Assembly: GCA_040754455.1 (NCBI GenBank)
Contig: JBFMCP010000012.1
Location: 27,268 to 69,214, forward strand
Direction: 5' to 3'
DNA length: 41,947 nt
Source of the DNA: Nitrospirota bacterium
GTDB taxonomy: Bacteria; Nitrospirota; Thermodesulfovibrionia; Thermodesulfovibrionales; Dissulfurispiraceae
This document shows positions 35,851 to 41,947 of this stretch, piece by piece (position 1 is the first letter of the stretch; every line of letters begins with the position of its first letter). The position numbers and the translations under genes are program-made. A model generated the notes under the pieces. That model saw nothing but the letters and a program-made list of their open reading frames with translations. It was not told the DNA's origin and did not search any database.

Positions 35851-38376
35851 ATGAAAGAAAGGTACGACTTTAACGAAATAGAGACGACGTGGCAGCGCTA
35901 CTGGGCCGGGCGGCAGCTCGACAAGACCGAGACCGATCCGTCCAAAGAGAAATTCTATTGTCTCGAAATGTTCCCGTATCCTTCGGGGAAGATCCATATG
36001 GGGCATGTGCGCAATTACGCCATCGGCGATGTCATCGCACGATACAAGAGAATGCGAGGACTGAATGTGCTCCATCCGATGGGGTGGGACTCCTTCGGCA
36101 TGCCTGCGGAGAATGCGGCGATCAAGCACGGTCTCCATCCGGCAAAGTGGACCTACGAGAACATCGATTTCATGAAGAAGCAGCTCATCCGCATGGGCCT
36201 GAGCTATGACTGGAACAGGGAGGTGACGACCTGCAGTCCGGACTACTATAAATGGAACCAGTGGTTTTTCCTGAAGCTCCTGGAAAAGGGCCTTGCCTAT
36301 AAGAAGGCGTCGTTCGTCAACTGGTGTCCCTCCTGCGTGACGGTCCTCGCCAACGAGCAGGTGATCGACGGCAAATGCTGGCGCTGCGACACGGTGGTGA
36401 TCCAGAAGGAGCTCGAGCAATGGTTTTTCAGAATCACCCACTACGCCGAGGAACTGCTCCAGGGCTGCGATGAGTTGACGGGCTGGCCCGAGAGAGTGGT
36501 CCTGATGCAGAAGAACTGGATCGGCAAGAGCGAGGGCGTCGAGGTCGACTTTCCTCTCGAAGGAATGAGCGAGAAACTCAGAATATATACGACGAGACCC
36601 GACACCATCTTCGGTGTGACCTATATGTGCCTCGCTGCCGCACATCCTCTGGCCGAGAGGCTTGTTGCCGATACAAGCAAGCTCGATGCGATCAAGGCGA
36701 AATACGGGAAAGAGGACGAAAAAGAGGGCCTGTTCACCGGCCACTATGCGATCAACCCTCTGACCAATGACAGGATTCCGCTCTATATCGCGAACTTTGT
36801 CTTGATGGAGTACGGCACAGGGGCGATCATGTCCGTTCCCGCCCATGACCAGAGGGATTTCGAGTTCGCGAAGAAATATGATCTCCCGATAAAGGTCGTC
36901 ATCGTCCCCGAAGGAAATTCTGAAGCGCAGAAGCTTGAGGCCGCCTTTGAGGAAGAAGGGATGCTGGTGAATTCAGGCCAGTTCAGCGGTCTCAGGAGCA
37001 GCGAGGCGAAAAAGAAGATCGGCCAATTCATCGAGGAAAAAGGCCTCGGGAAAAGAACCATAAATTACAAGCTGCGCGATTGGGGCATTTCACGGCAGCG
37101 CTACTGGGGCACGCCCATTCCCGTTATCTATTGCGAAAAATGCGGCATTGTCCCCGTACCCGAGAAAGACCTTCCGGTCGTGCTGCCCGAGGATGTGACC
37201 TTTACCGGCAAAGGAGGCTCACCGCTCAAGGAATCGGAGGAATTCCTCAACGTGACCTGTCCTGCCTGCGGCGGAAAAGCGCGGCGGGAGACGGATACGA
37301 TGGATACTTTTGTGGATTCCTCATGGTATTTCCTGCGGTACTGCTCGAAAAAGGACGAGCATCCCTTCACGAAAGAGAACATCTCCTACTGGATGCCCGT
37401 TGATCAGTACATCGGCGGCATCGAACACGCAGTACTCCATCTCCTCTATTCACGGTTCTTCACCAGGGCGATGAGGGACCTCGGCATCCTTTCCTACAGT
37501 GAACCCTTCAGCAACCTGCTCACGCAAGGCATGGTTACAAAAGAAACATGGAAATGCCCTGAACACGACTGGCTTTTCCCCGAAGAGGTGAAGGACGGCA
37601 GATGTATACGCTGCGGGAAGCAGGTGATCAAGGGCAGGGTGGAGAAGATGTCCAAGTCAAAAAAGAACGTCATCGATCCCGACGCACTCATCAACCGCTA
37701 CGGCGCGGACACCATGCGACTCTTCTCGCTCTTCGCAGCCCCTCCCGAGAGGGACCTCGAGTGGTCCGATAAGGGCGTTGAGGGCGCTTATCGGTTCCTT
37801 AACAGAGTATGGGCACTTGTCTACAAAACAAGAGCTGAAGTGCAGAAGCACGGGAGCGCCGATGGGCACGTATCCTCAGCGCCTGCGTCCGCACTTCTGC
37901 GGAAAACGCATCAGACTATTAAAAAGGTAACTAATGATATCGAGAAAGATTACCACTTCAATACAGCGATCGCCTCGCTCATGGAGTTGCTGAACGAGCT
38001 TTCGTCATTTGCTCCTGAAGCGGAGGACGGGTGGCAGGCGATGCGCTTTGCCGTCAGGAATACGCTGCTCATGCTCGCTCCCTTTGCACCCCACATCAGC
38101 GAAGAGCTCTGGAAGGCGATCGGAGAGAGCAACAGCATTTTTGAACATCCATGGCCGGTATGGGACGAGGAGCTTGCAAAAGAGGAGGAGGTGGAACTCG
38201 TGGTGCAGGTCAACGGGAAGGTGCGCTCCAAAGTGCTGGTGCCTGCGGGATTGCCCGACAGCGAGGCGCAGCAGCGGGCCCTCAATGAGCCGAAAATAAA
38301 GGAGCTCCTCGATGGCAAGAGTATCAAAAAGGTCGTTGTCGTGAAGGGAAGACTTGTTAATATCGTCATGGGATAG
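35851..38376 (+). CDS. leuS: Leucine--tRNA ligase
   Basis: [45 protein letters not shown]. Confidence 0.98.
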   Translation: MKERYDFNEIETTWQRYWAGRQLDKTETDPSKEKFYCLEMFPYPSGKIHMGHVRNYAIGDVIARYKRMRGLNVLHPMGWDSFGMPAENAAIKHGLHPAKWTYENIDFMKKQLIRMGLSYDWNREVTTCSPDYYKWNQWFFLKLLEKGLAYKKASFVNWCPSCVTVLANEQVIDGKCWRCDTVVIQKELEQWFFRITHYAEELLQGCDELTGWPERVVLMQKNWIGKSEGVEVDFPLEGMSEKLRIYTTRPDTIFGVTYMCLAAAHPLAERLVADTSKLDAIKAKYGKEDEKEGLFTGHYAINPLTNDRIPLYIANFVLMEYGTGAIMSVPAHDQRDFEFAKKYDLPIKVVIVPEGNSEAQKLEAAFEEEGMLVNSGQFSGLRSSEAKKKIGQFIEEKGLGKRTINYKLRDWGISRQRYWGTPIPVIYCEKCGIVPVPEKDLPVVLPEDVTFTGKGGSPLKESEEFLNVTCPACGGKARRETDTMDTFVDSSWYFLRYCSKKDEHPFTKENISYWMPVDQYIGGIEHAVLHLLYSRFFTRAMRDLGILSYSEPFSNLLTQGMVTKETWKCPEHDWLFPEEVKDGRCIRCGKQVIKGRVEKMSKSKKNVIDPDALINRYGADTMRLFSLFAAPPERDLEWSDKGVEGAYRFLNRVWALVYKTRAEVQKHGSADGHVSSAPASALLRKTHQTIKKVTNDIEKDYHFNTAIASLMELLNELSSFAPEAEDGWQAMRFAVRNTLLMLAPFAPHISEELWKAIGESNSIFEHPWPVWDEELAKEEEVELVVQVNGKVRSKVLVPAGLPDSEAQQRALNEPKIKELLDGKSIKKVVVVKGRLVNIVMG

Positions 38377-38388
38377 GTAAAAATCGAA

Positions 38389-39336
38389 ATGAAAAAAGAA
38401 GAATTTAGAGCCTCTGATAAAATGACTACAACTGCTGCCAAACTAAAAGGCCGTCATTTTGCATTTTTATTTTTGATTTTTGCATTTTTTGTGAACGGTT
38501 GCGGTTATACCCTCCAGACACGTGCCAATCTTCCCTTCGAATCCGTTGCCGTCGGAAAGATCGAGAACAGGACGGTCGAGCCCAAGCTGCAGGACCGGTT
38601 CAACCGGCAGCTGGCCGATACCTTCGCCGAGTACGGGTTTTATGTCAGTCAGTCGTCGCGCTACGTCCTCGAAGGCGAAATACTGCGGTTTGAGCTCAAG
38701 CCCCGCTCCGAAGTGGACCTGGTTGCATCACAGTACGAAGTCGTGATCAATGCGAACTTCAGGCTGGTGGATACGCTGACCGGCAGGTCGATTCCCCTCA
38801 TTGCGCAGAGTCCCTTCATCACCTACTTCAGCTCCAGCGGCAGCATCGAAACGGTCCTTGCACAGAAGGAGCTCTCGACCACCAGCGCACTGAAGAACCT
38901 CTCCCAGGAGGTGGTGCGGCGGATTGCCTACAACACCCCCAAGGAGTTTGCGCATCTCTTATTCACGACACGCGATATAAAGGATCTCGATGGCCTCGCC
39001 ACCAAGCTGAGAGATGCCGGGGATCCCCTTTCAGAACATCTCCGTGAACGGTTTTCTCCTGAGTCGAGGGGGCTGATCGATGAGTATGACGGGTCAAAGA
39101 AAGCCTCTGAACGGCTTCGGGATGTCCTGACAGGAGAACTAAACCAGATTATCCAGGGGGTGACGCTCTTTGACGAGGAGCGTTTCGCCCGTCTCTCACT
39201 CTCAGAGGAGACCCGGAAGCTGGCAGCGTCCAATCCGACCGGTACCGATCGCATCCGCCTCAACCGGCAACTGCTGGAAGAGGCCTATCCCCTGGAGATT
39301 GCGAAAGCGCAGAAGGACACAGAGGGGAAACGTTAA
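38389..39336 (+). CDS. lptE: LptE-like LPS-assembly lipoprotein with an extra C-terminal helical domain
   Basis: Lipobox VNGC followed by GY; leuS-lptE-holA synteny; about 130 extra residues. Start 38389 or 38422. Confidence 0.75.
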   Translation: MKKEEFRASDKMTTTAAKLKGRHFAFLFLIFAFFVNGCGYTLQTRANLPFESVAVGKIENRTVEPKLQDRFNRQLADTFAEYGFYVSQSSRYVLEGEILRFELKPRSEVDLVASQYEVVINANFRLVDTLTGRSIPLIAQSPFITYFSSSGSIETVLAQKELSTTSALKNLSQEVVRRIAYNTPKEFAHLLFTTRDIKDLDGLATKLRDAGDPLSEHLRERFSPESRGLIDEYDGSKKASERLRDVLTGELNQIIQGVTLFDEERFARLSLSEETRKLAASNPTGTDRIRLNRQLLEEAYPLEIAKAQKDTEGKR

Positions 39337-39341
39337 CGGCG

Positions 39342-40232
39342 ATGAGCCTCAAGCAGTTTCAGCAGGAGTTATCAAAAGGACTGCCGCATCCTGTCTATCT
39401 CTTTTATTCCTCCGAAGATTTTCTCTTATATGAGGTGCTGACGGCGCTCAAAGAGCTGCACGGCGATGCCGACGCCTTCGGTGTTACTGTCTTTGACCTC
39501 AAGTCTCCTGACGACGGCGCGCCCATGGAACAGATCGTCGATACCCTCAACACACTCCCCTTCCTCTCGAAGCGGAAAACAGTGGTGCTGCGCAATGTCC
39601 AGAAGCTTACCAAGAATGCACTGAAAAAGCTCCAGGGCTATCTGGCGGACCCTTCACCGACCACGCTCCTGGTGATGCTTTTTGAAGGGGCATCCCCCAA
39701 GCTTTTTGATGCCGATAGCTTGAAAAAGGTGAAGGCCATCGGATTGACGGTGCAGGAAAAGGAGATACCTCTCTGGATAACGATGCAGGCAAAGAGAAAG
39801 GGAGTAACGCTCACCGGCCAGGCTGTTGAGTATATGATCAGCGCAACAGGAACAGATCTCGGGATGCTCTCTGCCGAGATCGAAAAGCTCTCGAACCTCG
39901 GCAAGACCCGGGCTGTTGATGTTGATGACCTGAAGGGGACGATCTACTCCGGTGCCGACTACAATGCCTTTGACCTGCTGGACGCCCTGAGGAGAGGCGA
40001 TGCCAGGGAGGTTTTCAGGATCTTCGAGAGTATGGCGAAAAACCAGGACCCGCAGATGCTCCTGGGAGCTTTGAATTATCACTATTCGCGGCAGGCTTCC
40101 GGTCACTCACCCGCGAAAATATTCTCCCTCCTGCACGAGGCGGATGCAGCGCTGAAGACATCGCATAAATATGTTATGGAAGAGCTGCTGGTGAAGCTGC
40201 TGAGACAGCCACGCGCTGGGGCGAAAAGATAG
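39342..40232 (+). CDS. holA: DNA polymerase III delta subunit
   Basis: PVYLF, NTLPF...VV, YL.DP, GTDL..L..EIEKL, AFDLLDAL; synteny with leuS and rpsT. Confidence 0.9.
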   Translation: MSLKQFQQELSKGLPHPVYLFYSSEDFLLYEVLTALKELHGDADAFGVTVFDLKSPDDGAPMEQIVDTLNTLPFLSKRKTVVLRNVQKLTKNALKKLQGYLADPSPTTLLVMLFEGASPKLFDADSLKKVKAIGLTVQEKEIPLWITMQAKRKGVTLTGQAVEYMISATGTDLGMLSAEIEKLSNLGKTRAVDVDDLKGTIYSGADYNAFDLLDALRRGDAREVFRIFESMAKNQDPQMLLGALNYHYSRQASGHSPAKIFSLLHEADAALKTSHKYVMEELLVKLLRQPRAGAKR

Positions 40233-40267
40233 GAAGCCAAGGGGCCGATACCTTGGCTTCCTGCCTG

Positions 40268-40549
40268 TTATTTTACGGTGTTCGCCTTCTTGGTGAGCCT
40301 TGATATCTTCCGGGAGGCAGTGTTTTTGTGGATGACGCCTTTGGATGCTGCCTTGTTGATCGTGCTGATAGTGCTTTTGAGGACCTTGCCGATCTCTTCC
40401 TTGTTCCCGGCGGCAATAGCGGCCTCCAACCTCTTGGTTGAGGTCTTTATGCCGGTCTCAACAGACTGATTGCGTACTCTGCGTTTCTCGTCCTGCCGGG
40501 CCTTCTTTATTGCGGAAAGGTTCTTTTTAGGTGCTGCTTTTGTTGCCAA
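40268..40549 (-). CDS. rpsT: 30S ribosomal protein S20
   Basis: SAIKKARQ..KRR.RN, KAASKGVIHKNTASRKISRL; AAGGAGG RBS with TTG start. Confidence 0.96.
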   Translation of the reverse strand: MATKAAPKKNLSAIKKARQDEKRRVRNQSVETGIKTSTKRLEAAIAAGNKEEIGKVLKSTISTINKAASKGVIHKNTASRKISRLTKKANTVK

Positions 40550-40674
40550 TGGGGCCTCCTTGTCCTAAATGTAGGTTACAGAATCTCATGACGGATTATG
40601 CTGTCCGTAAAAGCTGAAAGGTAAAATTAGCATAAATTATACCAGAAAATCAATATTTATGCTAGACTAACGGA

Positions 40675-41613
40675 ATGAAGTATATCCCCGTTGATGTCAG
40701 CAGGATCACCACCTATTCCATCAGAGACAGAAAGAGCAAAGTCTCGGTGGAGCAAGCGGCGCGGCCCCACCAAAAAGGAGACCCGTTCGGGAAATTTGTG
40801 GACAGCCTTCCCGGATTTCTCGCTGCCCGCGATCTGAAAGCGGTGGTGCAGGCAGTAGCGCATGCGCACCGGAATAAGCGGCCGGTCATCTTCGGCATGG
40901 GTGCCCATGCCATAAAAGTGGGCCTCTCGCCGGTCATTATCGACTTGCTGCAAAAGGGGATTATTACTGCCGTTGCAGCCAACGGCGCCTGCATTATCCA
41001 TGATTTCGAGCTCGCCTACATCGGCCGGACCTCCGAGGATGTAGCCACCGAGCTCTGTACCGGCACCTTCGGTATGGCGCGTGAGACAGGGAGCTTTCTG
41101 AACGAGGCTATCAGCAAGGGCGTCGACAAAGGATATGGAATCGGCCGGGCAATAGGTGAATTCATCGAATCTTCTGATTTCTCTTTCAAGGATAAAAGTA
41201 TCTTCCGCGAATGTCGCTGCCTCGATATTCCGGCCACCGTGCATGTCGGCATCGGGGCGGATATTATTCACATGCATCCCACAGCTGACGGCGGGCGGAT
41301 CGGCGAGGGGAGCTTGAGGGATTTCAGGCTCTTCACCTCTGTGGTCGCTGACCTCGAGGGCGGTGTCTATATCAATCTCGGCTCAGCCGTGATGCTCCCT
41401 GAGGTCTTCCTGAAGGCGCTGACCATGGCGCGGAATCTCGGGAACACGGTCGAGGCATTTACTACGGTGAATATGGATTTTATTCAGCACTACCGCCCGC
41501 AGGTGAATGTTCTCAAGAGGCCAACGATGGGCAAGGGCCAATGCTTTGCCCTCACCGGCCATCACGAGATCATGCTGCCGCTGCTAGCGGCGATGATCAT
41601 CGAGGAATTGTAA
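40675..41613 (+). CDS. Conserved hypothetical protein, deoxyhypusine synthase-like fold
   Basis: GAHAIKVGL...NGACIIHDFE...SEDV...G.FG, TVHVGIGADIIH, GSAVMLPEVFLK, GHHE..LP resemble DHS-like NAD-binding proteins. Confidence 0.7.
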   Translation: MKYIPVDVSRITTYSIRDRKSKVSVEQAARPHQKGDPFGKFVDSLPGFLAARDLKAVVQAVAHAHRNKRPVIFGMGAHAIKVGLSPVIIDLLQKGIITAVAANGACIIHDFELAYIGRTSEDVATELCTGTFGMARETGSFLNEAISKGVDKGYGIGRAIGEFIESSDFSFKDKSIFRECRCLDIPATVHVGIGADIIHMHPTADGGRIGEGSLRDFRLFTSVVADLEGGVYINLGSAVMLPEVFLKALTMARNLGNTVEAFTTVNMDFIQHYRPQVNVLKRPTMGKGQCFALTGHHEIMLPLLAAMIIEEL

Positions 41614-41816
41614 TTAATCGAGATGTACGCACAGGCAGGGGGGCACTCCAAGGAGCTTCCTCATGCGCATTTATTTGGAGCAGATAAGCATTAAAAGAGC
41701 TGTTGTACGAGAATTTTAATCCTTTGTGGAAGTTAAGGAAGCGTTAGAAAGCTCCTTTCCGCACCCCTCCCTGCCTGTGCTGGCCATATCTTAATCCCAT
41801 AATGGTAAAATAAAAC

Positions 41817-41947
41817 ATGAACATTATTGTTGATGAAGAAACATGCATCGGCTGCGGGAGGTGCGAAGAGATATGCCCTGCGGCATTTCACGTCAGCGAG
41901 GTCACGGGGAAATCGGAGGTCATCGATCCCGATGCCTGCGAATTCGT
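41817..41947 (+). CDS. Ferredoxin (4Fe-4S), runs off the window end
   Basis: Not in ORF track. MNIIVDEETCIGCGRCEEICPAAF has the CxxCxxCxxxCP motif. Confidence 0.9.
   Translation, partial: MNIIVDEETCIGCGRCEEICPAAFHVSEVTGKSEVIDPDACEF

Noticed and set aside
35644..36846. 400-aa minus-strand ORF
   Set aside because: Antisense shadow of ccdA and leuS.
41663..41719. Short ORF MRIYLEQISIKRAVVREF after an AAGGAG
   Set aside because: Only 18 codons with no motif or other support.

Overview
Bacterial chromosomal window of mostly housekeeping genes. Gene content and order suggest an anaerobic Nitrospirota (Thermodesulfovibrionia-like) or deltaproteobacterium-like organism; this is inference, not a database result. 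The left third is accessory: a metallophosphoesterase, an SLC5-STAC-PAS sensor kinase whose phospho-accepting His is replaced by Asp, HD/NUDIX/flavodoxin/methyltransferase genes, a sigma54-type promoter ahead of an 11-heme OTR-like surface cytochrome, an M48 peptidase and a convergent deacetylase/acetyltransferase pair. The rest holds yicC-remA-gmk-rpoZ-coaBC, pepQ-efp-accB-accC-thiE, rpmH-yidD-yidC-mnmE (no rnpA), mnmA-MOSC-mogA-ccdA-leuS-lptE-holA and rpsT. The main hidden signal is UGA recoding at two loci that the ORF track breaks or misses: mnmA has an in-frame TGA at a vicinal Cys-Cys position followed by a SECIS-like hairpin, and a 55-59 aa CxxC-U-CxxC protein with its own SECIS-like hairpin lies between two YkgJ-like Cys-cluster genes. 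Other signals are an ATT-initiated NYN nuclease, several apparently leaderless genes, and 7/8/9-mer tandem-inverted repeats that sometimes enter coding sequence. No tRNA, rRNA, CRISPR array or transposase was recognised.
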